From assembly GCF_009914755.1 (NCBI RefSeq), contig NC_060929.1: 64,000 bases of DNA. One strand, given 5' to 3'. This DNA comes from the human T2T-CHM13v2.0 reference genome, Homo sapiens. Positions 46,539 through 59,067 of this stretch are shown here, in pieces (position 1 is the first letter of the stretch; each line of letters begins with the position of its first letter). Both the position numbers and the translations under genes were made by a program. The notes beneath the pieces are model-generated. The model did no database searches and was not told where the DNA came from. It saw nothing but the letters and a program-made list of their open reading frames with translations.

Positions 46539-47539
46539 TTATCTTTTTATTCCCAGGTATTAAGTAAATACACTATTTGGTTTTCATCAATTCACATACA
46601 AAATGATTTATATAAACTCGCGTTTTAATTTATATATATTTTAAACACACTTAATGTAGAATATCCGTAGAAAATATATTGCTACTACAAAATTAATTTT
46701 TTTTTATTCTGAAATAAGCTGAACAATGAATGGACACCATGAAGTCCTTCTAAAGTTTTTCATATCCATTAATTTTTTGAAATTTTCTCACATTTTCTTA
46801 GTCAGCATTAAATTTAAATTGTTGTCATTATTAAGCATGCTTCAGAATCTTGATTTTCCCAAGTTATTGGTTTTTATAGAAAACTATCTATTATTTCCAC
46901 ATAATAAATGAAGAATATATTTACAGTAAAATCTGAACTGAAGGAAATTACAAAATGGCCTACATTAAAACATAGTACATAGCCTCAGAGACTATATTAA
47001 AAATCTAGTATAGGCAGTCCTATAAATTGATTTTCCTAAATGTCTCTTGTTTTTCTTTTGACTTTCAAGTTTTCTAGTTTCTGATTTACTCCAGATCTAT
47101 TTCATGACCCTCTCAAGTGAAGATCAGTTTTTTGTTACATCTGAGTCAAGGCAGTTTCCTTCACTTGCTCCTATTAAGAACACCACATACTTAGCCTTCC
47201 ATACCAGTATCACAATGCATAATAAGTTCTTATTACTTACTTTCCATTTGTATACTATGTGATAATTACATTAGTTCAGGGTTAATATCTGTTAAAGTTT
47301 GTTTAACTAAATGCCTGTCATTAAGAGCTATGCAATAAACATTTATTGAATAGCTAGAAAATTGAGAAATAAATGCTCAATTGTTGCTGTTTTTAAAAAC
47401 TGTTCTGTTATAGTACTTTCGGGGTAATTAACACTTGGCGTATGCCTCTATATCTTAGAGTCTACATAGTGATAGGGTAGTTGTCTTATTGACTCTGACT
47501 ATTCTTTCCTTCACTATAAAAGAGTATTATTCAATCTTG

Positions 47540-47865
47540 ATCACTGCAAGATGTGTCTTGCAGTGACTCCCATGAGGCACGTGCTTCCTCCCCAACTGAC
47601 ACTGGTCTTGATGGTGTAATTTCTTTTGTCAATTGGTATGTTAGCGAAGTGACATTGTGCCATTTCCTTGAAAATGCCATAAAATACACCACCTGTTTTA
47701 CCGTCTCTCTTGCTGTTTTTTCTCTAACATGAGACCAAATAGCTCAAATAATGCCTGCTCCTTTGGATTTTATTCAGGAATAAGAAGATGGTAAAGCAGA
47801 GCTGAGCAGAAATTTCATACCTGAAGCCAATAGCGGACAATATGTACATATAAGAACAATAGATA
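47540..47865 (+). mobile_element. MLT1-type LTR fragment
   Basis: CTCCCATGAGG..CTTCCTCCC..TTCTTTTGTCAATTGGTATGTTAGC..GCCTGCTCCTTT..GCAGAGCTGAG. Confidence 0.55.
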
Positions 47866-47869
47866 TTAT

Positions 47870-48990
47870 ACCCAAAAAATCATTGCCAAGATCAATGTCA
47901 AGAAGCTTTCCCTTTATGTTTGTATCTACAACTCAGTGAGTTAATTATTCTATGTAAGGTAAGATCAGCGTCCAATTTCATTATTTTGCAAGCAGATATT
48001 TCAGTTTTCCCAGCACTACTCATTAAACAGACTTTTTCTTCATTGTATATTCTTTGCACTTATGTCAAAGATCAGTCGAATGTACAAGCATGGTATTATT
48101 TCTGAGCGCTCCATTCTCTTCCACTGGTCTGTATGTCTTTTTTATGCCAGTACTATATAATTTTGATTACTGTAGCTATGCAATATATTTTAAAATCCAG
48201 AAGTGTGATTTCTCCAGGTTTTCTCTTGTTTGTTTTGTTTGATTTTGTATTTAATTGAGACATAACACTTGTACATATTTTGAGGGTACAGTGTGATGTT
48301 TCAATACACGTATACAATGTGTAATGATCAAACTAAGGTAATTAGCATATCCATAACCTCAAACACTAATCATTTCTTTGTGCTGAGATCATTCAATATC
48401 TTCTCTTCTAGTTACTTTGAAATACATAATTGTTAACTAGTCACATTGTTATGCAATGGAACACTAGAATTTATTCCTCCTATATTACTGGAACTTTGTA
48501 TGTTTTGACCAACCTTTCCCCATCCACCCTACCCTCAACCCTTCAAAGCTTCCAGTAAAACAACTATGCTGCTCTCCACTTCGATGAGATCAACTTTTTA
48601 AAATTTTACATGCGAGTAAGATTATGTGGTATTTGTCTTGATGTGTCTGGTTTATTTCAATTAACATAATGTCCTCCAGGCTTATCCAAGTTGCCATAAA
48701 TGATAAAATTTAAGTCATTTTTCATTGCAGAATAGTATTTTGTAGTACAAATAGTCTGCATTTTCTTTATCCATTCATTTATTGATGGATAATTAGGTTG
48801 ATTCCATATTTTGGCTACTGCAAATAGTGCTATATAATAAATGTAGGAGTACAGATATTTCTTTGGTATGCTGATTTTATTTATTTAGATATATACTAAG
48901 TGGCGGGATTGCTAATCATATGGTAGTTATATTTTTAATATTTGAGGAACGTAAATACTATTTTCCACAATGGATTTATGAAATTGCACT
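47870..48990 (-). mobile_element. L1MA pieces (ORF2 fragment plus an L1MA 3' end from ~48240)
   Basis: CATTGCCAAGATCAATGTCAAGAAGC..; GTACATATTTTGAGGGTACAGTGTGATGTTTCAATAC..GTAATTAGCATATCCAT. Confidence 0.8.
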
Positions 48991-48999
48991 TTCTTTATG

Positions 49000-49706
49000 T
49001 GTTAAGGGATAAAAGATATACAATCTTAAAAAATAAATAAAAAATTCAAAATATGTATCGGGCAATTGTTAAAGTGTAGGATTTTTTCTTTGTATGTTTT
49101 TTTCTTTTATTTGTGATCAAACTTAAGTTTTTATACACTTACAATTACTTGTTATAAGATATTTTGTAAGATTCATGATAACATAAAGCAAAAACCTATA
49201 ATAATACACTAAAAATTTTTTTAAAAAAGTGGAATCAAAACATACTACTTGACAAAGCCACTTAACCGCAAAGGAAGATAGTAAGAGTTGAAGAAAAGAA
49301 GAAACAACTTACAAAGCAACTAGAAAGCAAACAACAACATGGCAGGAGTAAGCCATTACCTGTCAATAACTACCTTGAATGTAACTGGATTAAATTTTCC
49401 AATTCAGAGAAATAGAGTAGCTTAGTGGATGAAAAATAATACCCAACAAGAAACACTTCACTCATAAAGACACACATAGACTAAAACTATAGGGATGAAA
49501 GATAATATTCCATGTAAATGGAAACCAAGAAAGAGTAAGAGTAGCTATACTTACATGAGATAAAATAGATTTTAAGCCAAAAACTATAACAAGAGACAAA
49601 GGTCATTACATAATGATAAAGAAGTCAATACAGCAAGAGGATATAATACTCATAAATATATATGCACCCAATATTGGAGCACTTAAATATATAAAGAAAA
49701 TATCAA
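49000..49706 (+). mobile_element. L1M ORF2 5' region (left flank of the piggyBac)
   Basis: TCAATAACTACCTTGAATGTAA..ATATTCCATGTAAATGGAAACCAAG..ATATATATGCACCCAA (TLNV, NIYAP motifs). Confidence 0.85.
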
Positions 49707-50939
49707 TCTGCAGACAACATTGCCTTTGCCATCAATTCCGTAATTGAATATGATTTCTTTTTTCTTTAGAGCTACATCTGATTCCAGTGGGGCTTTGTTA
49801 ATGCGATCCTTTCTCACTGTACCTGTTGCCTGATGTTCCATTGAACTGAGCTTATCAAGAAGTGCAATACTGGTGAAAAAGTTATCGAATACAAAATGAT
49901 ATTGTCCAGGGTGTGTGTAAGTCCCTCACTAAACTTATAAATAAGTGATGCACCAACACCGTATTCTTCATATTTAGTATTTGGGTTTTTACCCTGATAC
50001 GGCTGAAAGCAGCAAATGTGGCACAGACATGTGGCACCACAACAAAACTTACAGCCAAACATAATGGGCTTTCCCTGAATAAATTGTTTGCACCTGTGAC
50101 AACCAGAATAAGGAACCATGGATTCATTAAAGCTGAAATATGTCTCATTTGGAACAAATTTCATACATCTCTCATTACATTTGCTTATGAGAAGTCGCAA
50201 CTTGGAAAATTTGTCCATTGGATCCAAATTTGCATCGTCAGCAACATGCAAATTAGAAAATTTAGTTTCAAAGCGGTCACGTCTCATGGCAGCAATAACC
50301 AGTACATTATGCGCATCTGGTTTGTTGTTGTTGTTGTTCCCAAAACATACGGCTTCTAGGAACTGAGATGTAACCACTCAGAAAAATAATTCCCAGAAAA
50401 TATTTGAATTCGGAGCTAGTCAAGCCAAGATGTACACCCTTAACTTCGAGCCTGTAAGTTGGAGTACTTGACAATGAGTTCAACGACTTCGTCATCATGA
50501 AAAAGTTCCAGAATTTCTGTGGGAGTTCTCATTTCGGTGAATAAATCGTTTGGTGGTTCTGTAATTCTACCTGCTACAAGTTGTGCAGTTAGGTCCCTCT
50601 CTTCCATTTGCAAACAATTTTTGTCACTTTCCTCCTCCTTGATGGTGGAAGTTGCTGCGCGGTAGACGTAGATGGATCTTCGTCAGGAGAGTCAAATTTA
50701 AGTGCGTATGAGGGATCATCAGAGTTAGACTCTGCATCAGAATCACCTTTATAAGATTTGCAGTTGCGCGCAACAAAGAACCTGGCAGATTTTTTATTGT
50801 TCCACCTTCTTCGTCCCCGGAGTCCTCATCAGAAACAGGTGCTGTAGCATTTTCAGGTGGTTGTATCAGAATAGTACTTGCTTCTATGCTGTCATCTGTA
50901 TTTAAAGGTTATTTCATGTAAACTTAGAGTTTGAGACAT
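49707..50939 (-). pseudogene. PGBD3P: PGBD3 transposase pseudogene (frameshifted, 3'-truncated)
   Basis: ATG at 50939. Segments IQPPENATAPVSDEDSGDEEGGT, KGVHLGLTSSEFKYFLGIIFLSGY, AAMRRDRFET..DKFSKLR..KFVPNETYFSF, HFVFDNFFTSIALLDKLSSM and IDGKGNVVCR match human PGBD3 as recalled. The pseudogene number cannot be assigned from sequence alone. Confidence 0.93.
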
Positions 50940-50946
50940 CTTGGGA

Positions 50947-50972
50947 CTAAAACTCAAAAAAGTGATTATTAG
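50947..50972 (-). promoter_or_regulatory. PGBD3 3' splice acceptor (branch-like CTAAT, T tract, AG) 7 nt upstream of the ATG
   Basis: Minus strand reads CTAATAATCACTTTTTTGAGTTTTAG|TCCCAAGATG. Confidence 0.7.
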
Positions 50973-51351
50973 TCCTAGTGGTAGTGGTTTGCCGAGTGTT
51001 CCAAAAATGGAACATACAAAATGTCAAACCCATAACTAATGCAACAATAATAATTTCGGTATTTTCTTTCTACAGCACAATTACTAGCATAGGATATAGT
51101 GCAGTAAAATTACATGTACTTGTCTTTTGATATTGCTTCAAAAATGTTTCCAAAAACTCACATCACTACTTGACAAGCTCCCAGCACGCCAGTATCTGCA
51201 GCAGTGACTAACTCTGCGCATTATGTGATAATATGTACCCCAGAAGGCAGACATTTGTGAAAAATCAGACCTTGGAGATGACCTTGAACAGTAGGATATA
51301 ATTAACTCCCACATGCTTAGAGTTCCAATAATGGAACACTGGGCATATTAA

Positions 51352-52815
51352 AAAAGATAAAATCAACAACCCTTTAGACTAACGGGAGAAAAAGGAGAGA
51401 CAACTAAAATAAATAAAATAAGGAATAAAAAGGAGACATTACAACTGACACCACAGAAATACAATGGCTTACTAGAGATTATTATAAACAAATGTAAACC
51501 AACAAATTGAAAAGCCTATAAGTGGACAAATTCCTAAACAGCATTGTTCTTATTACTTATAATTGTTTTGGTTATTTAAAGTAACATGCAAAAAAACAAA
51601 AATAGGTAAGTGGAACTATATCAAACTAAAAACTTCTGCACAACAAAGAAAATAATGAACAAAATGAAAAGGCAACCTGTGGAATGGAATAAAATATTGG
51701 CAAGCCATATATTTGATAGAACATCAACATCTAAAATATGCATGAACCTCCTACAACTCAAGAGCTAAATAAATAAATAATAACACAAATAAAAATTTAA
51801 CCTGACTAAAAAAAATGAGCAAAGGAACTGAATAGATATTTCTACAAAGAAGTCATACAAATTGGAAATATATATATAAGACGATGTTCTGCATCACTAG
51901 TCATCAAGGAAACTCAAATCAAACCACAATAAGATATCACCTCACACCTGTTAGAATGGCTCTTACATAAAAGGCAGATAAAAAGTATTGGTAAGGGTGT
52001 GGAGAAAAAGGAAACTTTGTACACTATTAGTGGGAATATAAAATGGTATAGCCACTGTAAAAAAAGTGTGCAATTTACTTTAAAAATTAAACTAGAACTA
52101 CCATATGATCCAAAAATCCCATTTTGGGGTATATATTTTAAAAAATTAAAATTACTGTCTCAAAAAATATCTGTACTCCATGCTGAGTTCAGTATTATTT
52201 ACAATAGTAAAAATATAAAACAAACTAATGGTCCCTCAACAGACAAATGAATAAAGAAATTGGTATATAAAGACGATAGAACATTCAACTGTTGCATCTA
52301 CAGCGAAATAAAAGAGAGAAAATTCTTCCATGTGCAATAATGTGGATGAATCTGGAGGACACTATGCTAAGTAAAATATGTCAGAACAAATACATAATAC
52401 CACTTACATAAAGAATCTAAAATAGGTCAAACTCATAAAAGTGGATAGTAGAATGATAGCTGCCAGGGGCTGGGGGTAGGAGGAAATAGGGAGTTATTAG
52501 TCAAAAGGTACAAAATTTCAGTCAAGCAAGATGAATAAGTCCTAGAGATCTATCGTACAGCATAGTGCTGATAGCTAACAATACTGTATTGTGCACTGAA
52601 CAATTTTCTAGAAGTTATATCTTATATTAAGTGCTGTTATTATAAATAATAATAAGGAAGGCAAGAGGAAACTTCAGGAAGTAATGGATATGTTTATGTC
52701 ATAGATTTTGATGAGGGTTTCATAGATGTAGACTTATCTCCAAACTCATCAGGTTGTGTACATTTAATATGCACTGTCTTTTGCCAATCACATGTAAAGT
52801 GTTTTTTTAAAAATA
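51352..52815 (+). mobile_element. L1M continuation (ORF2 pieces and L1MB-like 3' end)
   Basis: GGAGACATTACAACTGACACCACAGAAATACAA..; AGAACTACCATATGATCCA..; 3'UTR to ~52810. Confidence 0.8.
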
Positions 52816-53504
52816 ACAAATGTTCTATAAGCCACTGATTTTTTTTCTCTTAAAAATGTTACTTCATTATGTTTATTCATGATGTTACTGCTGCAGTCTT
52901 TTTATTGTTTATTATTATATAAACTCTGACTTGAATACAAAATTTACTACCAAACATTGGATGTTGCTATTACAAAATGTTCAAAAGATCAATTAACTGC
53001 TAAAAAAGCCTGAGAATATTTTTTTTTCAGTTTAGTTTCAGAAATATCAGATTAAGAAAGCTGCTCTGCCATGAAGGTGATACTCTCTCCAGTATACTCT
53101 TTGATTGGGCCAAGAAAAATTGGGAGAAGAAAAGGACATAACAGCACTCATAAAAAAATTCTAAGATCAGTAGGCCAGGAAGCTATGCAAGGGAGGCAGA
53201 CTAAGGGCAAACTTTCAGTATAAGGAAAACACGTGATATTTGGCCAGTAGGATTTCAGAATTTCTATGGCCCTGTGACTGCTGGGCACTTCCCTTTCTTT
53301 CCCCTTTGCAATCCAAACTGTTACTGGGGTTTATTCTGTTCCAGTTTTATATGTTCTCTATGGCTTTGTGTGTGGTGGGTGTCATGGTGGGATACTCACC
53401 GTTTTAGCATACAAGTCTCTGAATCAAAAGACACTATATAAAGACATAAAGTAGAATATATCAAGAAATTCTGGATCTTGAGTTGATGCCACAATCGATT
53501 GAAA

Positions 53505-53830
53505 TTTTTGTTGTCGTTGTTCTTGTTTTTGGTTTTTTGAGACAAGATCTTGCTCTATCACCCAGGCTGGAGTGCAGTGGCGCAATCTCGGCTCACTGAA
53601 ACTTCTGCTTCCTGAGCTCAAGCGATTCTCATGCCTCAGCCTCCCAAGTAACCAGGATTATAGGAGTTCACCACCACGTCTGGCACATTTTTTTTTTTTT
53701 TTGTATTTTCAATAGAGACAGTGTTTCACCATGATAGCCAGACTGGTCTCGAACGCTTGACCTCAAGTGATCAGCCCACTTCGGCCTCCCAAAGTGCTGG
53801 GATTACAGGGGTGAGCCACCGTGCCAGGCC
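53505..53830 (-). mobile_element. Alu (AluS-type)
   Basis: Complete antisense dimer ending GTGAGCCACCGTGCCAGGCC. Confidence 0.93.
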
Positions 53831-56800
53831 GGACGGAAATATTGAGTGCTCCTTGGAAAGAATGGTAGTGTGTTTCTCGTACAAAAAGCAAATAAGTAAA
53901 TATTTTTGACCAGTAATAAAATTTCTTATTACTTTCCATTATTATTTCTCATTTATGTTTGCTTTTTGTAAGGTCTTACACACATACATATACATATATA
54001 CATATATAATGTATTCACATATAAATATGCCTACATTATATATAAATTATTATATATTATTTATTGTATATTAATATATATTTTATATAAACCTACTCTC
54101 TTCTTATTTGCTGTTCCTTCTGTGAAAGGAGTTATAGTTCATGGCTATCAAGATTGGTGAAATGAATTAAGGTAATGAAATGTGAGCCAAAGTAACAATC
54201 AGCCAGATATGAGCTGAAACTTTAGAATGCATCCTGTTTTTCTGTCATTAATCTTGCTCTGTCATGAGACAAGCATGTTTCAAATAGAAGCTGTTCATTT
54301 AAGTTGGGTACTGGAATGGAAAACACATAAAGCAGAGTGTTCAGAGGCTCATAGAGCTTAACAGAACTGCAGCAGCCAAAGCTGACTTGCAGCCACCAAA
54401 ATATTATGTGTAAATGAAAAGTAAATGTCTGCTGTTGCAAACTATGACGTTTTCTGCGCTTTAAGCTACCATGGCAAAATGGAGTGATATGAAAGACCAC
54501 CATTTATTGGTGAAACTGATACTCTATCCTCCATGAATAAAAATAATGCTTACTGAGTTGCCCCAGTGTTTCAGGAATTACATTAAACTTTTGGCTATAA
54601 AGATTTTTTAAAGACATTATTTTTATTGCTCATAATAAAGTGGATATTGCTGTGGTAGACAAACACAACAGAATGTGATAAATGCCATAATATAATTATA
54701 TTGTGGTTAACATTTGTCTGGAGTCAGAGGATCACCTAACTCTACCTAGGATACAGAATTTGGGGGAGGATTTGCAGAACAAGTAAAACTTAATGTGAAT
54801 TGTGAAAATATGCAAGAGTTCATGGAAAGGAAGTATTGAAGGACAAATTGAAGTATTACAGACTTAGGGAAACATAGAAATGAAAGTTAAGGATGCAACA
54901 AATGTGGAGTTTGTAAATCAGCTATAGAAGATTGGGGTTTTAGTAGGCACTGTACAAAAAAGTCAGTCAGTGCCAAATTAAAATGGACCTTTCTCATTGC
55001 ACTAATGAGCTTGCACTTTGCCCAGTAGGATGAATAATAGGTGGATGAAAATTGATTATAAATTCAGAGAGACAGATAAAAAATGAGTTGTAAAAGTTAC
55101 TGTAAAAAATTGAACTAATATCCTGTCATTAGGCAATTAGAGAGATAAGTCTCCTGCTTGCTTGGAGGAGAAGGACCAGAGGAAATTCAGTTTCATTCTG
55201 GTGCACAAATGCTAGTGTTAGTTGAAGAGCAAAGCTAACGTTGAGGATATTGCATCCGCTCTCCATGGGTAACCCAAAACCCACCATACTTCTCTACCTC
55301 TTGATGAGAAAGTAAAGTTAGAAATTTGCACAACTGAGCCAAAGTCAAAGTCTAGGGATATAGAGTAACCCTGCAGCCTCTCTAAGCCACATTTTTTCCC
55401 AGGGTAACTCTGGGCCTCTGTCGATATCCTGTGATCAGGGTAAGAAGAATGTAACAGGTCATTACTGGGGAGAAGCTGGGTATAAGGAGGTTGGGGGAAG
55501 CGAAGGAGGGGAAGAAGCTTTGGATATTGATATCATTTGTATTTTTATGTTACTTTGTCCACATACCCAATAATTTGGACCTCTTAATCTTTGAAGTCCT
55601 CAGCATTCATTCTAAATGTGTTTGCCCCAATCAGGAGATAGAAGAAAAACGAATTGTTTCTGGTTCAGGAAGTATGGGTTTATCCAAGAAGGCCTGTGCT
55701 ACATTAGTTATAGGAAAGAAGCATTGTATTTTAAGGTTTCTGCAAATAAGTTTGAGGAGAAGAGTTGTGACATCTTTAAAAACTGGGGATAAATATTCTG
55801 CCAGTGGCTGTAGCAGTGAAATGGACAGTTTATCAAATAAAAGGAAAGCCTTGAGCCATTCTTAAGCAGACTGGTATGTTCAAAAGTCATATGTATATAT
55901 TTGACTTCCTATTTTACAGAAGGGTCAAAGAGAATATAAAGTACCAATCAGAGTAACAATAAAGGGATCAAGTGTCATCTCAAGAAGAACACGGAACATC
56001 AAAATCAGGCCAGAAGCATTTTCTTTCAGTCCTTCACACATAAGCAGAACTTTCCTAGACACTAGACTTGTTTAAACTGAGAGGAACATGGACATTTTCA
56101 TGTTTCTCTTCTGCCATTGTAAGGGGGGAAAAGCATCTATTTTTATATAGGCTGACAAGTCCAGGTTTATCAATAATGGCAGTCATAACATTATAAACAA
56201 TGTAGACATTTTTCCAGAGGAATTTATGACTGCTCTAACTTTCAAATAAAAATAAAAGAAATAAAAATCACATTCCCTGTTTTCATAGGATGAAAAATTA
56301 GTTATTATTTCTTTCACTGGAAGAAAATGAATTTTTAAATTTTTCTAACATCTAGTTGTTTACAGCGACTAGAAAGAGAACTAAAGGAGAAGATCTTGAA
56401 ATAAGAAAGACAGAAAAGAGAGAAAAGGAAGGACTTGAGAATTCTAAGAGCACAGGGTTACCTTAGGACAAAAATGACTGACAGAAGAATTAGAAGATAA
56501 TATAAAGAACCAGGGAAGTAAGGAGACCTTTGTTGAAGAGACAGCAAATTCATTTTGGGAACAGGAGGTCTGGGCTCCCCTATAGAGAGTGATGATAAAG
56601 GCAGGAACAGATCAATAAAAGATTTGAGACCTGAGGGATGGCTAGCATTTTGATTTGTGGGACAATTTCACTCAGAAAGTTTGTGAGATAAAATCAATAT
56701 TATTTACATAAACTGTCATATGTGGAAGTTGAGTTGGTCCCATGACTAAGGCTGATGTTAAAAACCTGAAAGTTTCTGAGAATATAATTGCAGGATCTTC

Positions 56801-59031
56801 ATAGAAGATGACCAGAACTTCAAAATAAGAACCAAGCAAATACTGAATTTTACACATTGTATAGAAGGGTGTGTATAAAACCTACTTATTTGATCTAGGT
56901 TTGTATATATAAGCAGAGCATGGAATATTTTAAAATTAGATTTTATCCTCATAAATCAAATGTGAGTAGAGAAAGTACAGAAAAAAAATCCATAAAACAG
57001 TCTGATAAAATGATGAGCAAGTCTGTTGTAACTAGTGTTTGGGGCTTTTTTGTGTGTGTGCATATCGCATTTTCTGCTTCACATCCAGTACCCTATGAGA
57101 GTGAATGCCTTCCAAACAAAGGCCTTTCTTTGGTTTTGCCTGTCAATTACTTTCTATAGTAGCTTCTTGTTCTTTTACCTTCCACAGTAATATTTACGAT
57201 TCATGAGTCTGGAGGTTAAGACAGCAAGTGCCTGCCTGCATGGCATAAATTAATGCTATCTGTATAGAATTCATTACCCTGCTTTCACGCACTCAAAAGG
57301 AATAATACTAATCAAAAAATTGCTGTCATCGTCTGTGTCCTTTGCTGGCTGAGGCTGATGTGTAACAGCAGGTGCTTCCGAAAGAAATGCCGTTGGCACT
57401 TGTAAAGGCTGGCCAGACACAGCTATGTCCTTTTTGCTTAGGGAAAGAACATCGTTTCTTTTGATGGTGGATTGTCAGAAGGAATTTTCGCAGAATAGTT
57501 CAGGCAAACAAAGTGGCACAACATGAAAATGATTTCAGAAGCCAAGCTTGACTGTAGAATTTGAGAACATCACCAGTCAACAATCACACAAAGAATGATC
57601 TCTCTTTGGTCTGTCTTTGAATAAACTTGCTAATCATAAAAATCTCTGTCCTTCATTGATTCCACTTGTGAGAGGTATCATTGGATAAACTTACACAGCC
57701 CTAAAGCTCTGCATATAATGTATAAATAAAAGCATGTCTATCAACATTATATTGAAATATCTAGGATTAAATGATAGGGTTATGTTTAATCAGATGGTCA
57801 TTTAAAAATGACAATGTCATTTTCAAAACAATTCCAGCAAGTATAGTAAAATCTTATATTTCTTTAGATCTTGCAGATTTCAAAGTGCGTTTACTTGTTA
57901 TTTTATTTGATCCTTAAAGAAAAGCCATGAGAAAAAATATTAGAGAGCCAGTTTGCCCTATGAACAATCTGAGAATCAGAGGCAAAGTGTTCTGGCCAAG
58001 TCACATACTTGGTAAGGACAAGAGTTGACATTAGAATCATAATTTTAGTGCAGCCCTGGGACAGTTTTCCATCCATTAATGTGTCCAAATATTCTGAGAT
58101 ATTTCCAAGAAAATGTGGAGTTATGGTAGGTGGGAGAGAAAGCTGATACCTGTTGTATTCACAGGTTTGACCATGTCTACACTCATTCTTACATCTTCTA
58201 TCGTGACACAGAAGCCCTTTATCCAGCTGCATATGTCATCACCATTTTAACCTTAGCACAGGAAGTCCCTGGTGCATTAAAGTTTCCCAATACACATTTG
58301 CTAAAATACCCTGGCTGAATAGACGTATAAACAATAAGATTTATTTAAAATTATCGCTTCCGAAAAAAGGTAAAAACTGTAAATCCTAGGAGACTACTGA
58401 ATCATTATTCATTTCCCAGTGCCCATTTCCACACCACTCCCCCACTGCACAGTAATCCACGAAAATCAAAGGTAACGTGTTCGGAATCAAATCATTTGTT
58501 TAGGGCAGGCCTTTCTGTGATCTGAAAACCATTGACTCAGTAACTTTAGCTATCAAATTCTAAAAATATGTTAAGAAACACAGATTTAAAGAGAAGATGA
58601 AATGATAGAAAGGGACAATGTCTCTAGCAATCATTTGATTCTCATGAGATCTTTGCTCTCAAAAACACAGTTTGTATCTTCTCATTTCACAAACAAAGCT
58701 AAAAGTTATAATATAAAGTGGAATTAAAGTTCTAAATCTGAGTAACAACCATGGCTCCTCATCTGTATTCCAATTTTTTTTTTTGTTACACAATAAGAGG
58801 GTTAATATTTTAGTAGTTTTCTATAAATCTTTAGTAATAACTTCTTTTTCATTTGCAAATCCCAAACAACATTTCTATTTCATTATTAAGGCTAGGTACC
58901 TAATAATATATAAACCTTAATAAGTTCAGACAAGAATGGATTATATTAAGTGTTTATATGTATGGTCTCAAGAACACCAAATCCTCTGTTTTGACTTTTA
59001 ACCTAGATTGCATGTCTCTTTGGTGTTTATG

Positions 59032-59033
<2 letters not shown>

Positions 59034-59065
<32 letters not shown>
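59034..59065. repeat. (TG)n microsatellite
   Basis: Directly visible. Confidence 0.95.

Positions 59066-59067
<2 letters not shown>

Larger units (their letters stand above)
49707..51347 (-). mobile_element. PGBD3-family piggyBac transposon copy with left end and 5' ~70% of the transposase; right end missing
   Basis: Left end TTAA|TATGCCCAGTGTTCCATTATTGGAACTCTAAGCATGTGGGAGTT matches the MER85/PGBD3 5' end; TTAA at 51348-51351; transposase homology runs down to 49707. Confidence 0.93.

Noticed and set aside
49814-50377. 187-aa transposase-like ORF as a functional gene
   Set aside because: It is a fragment bounded by frameshifts, its N-terminus is out of frame, the first catalytic Asp is Asn, and the C-terminal part with the third Asp is deleted.
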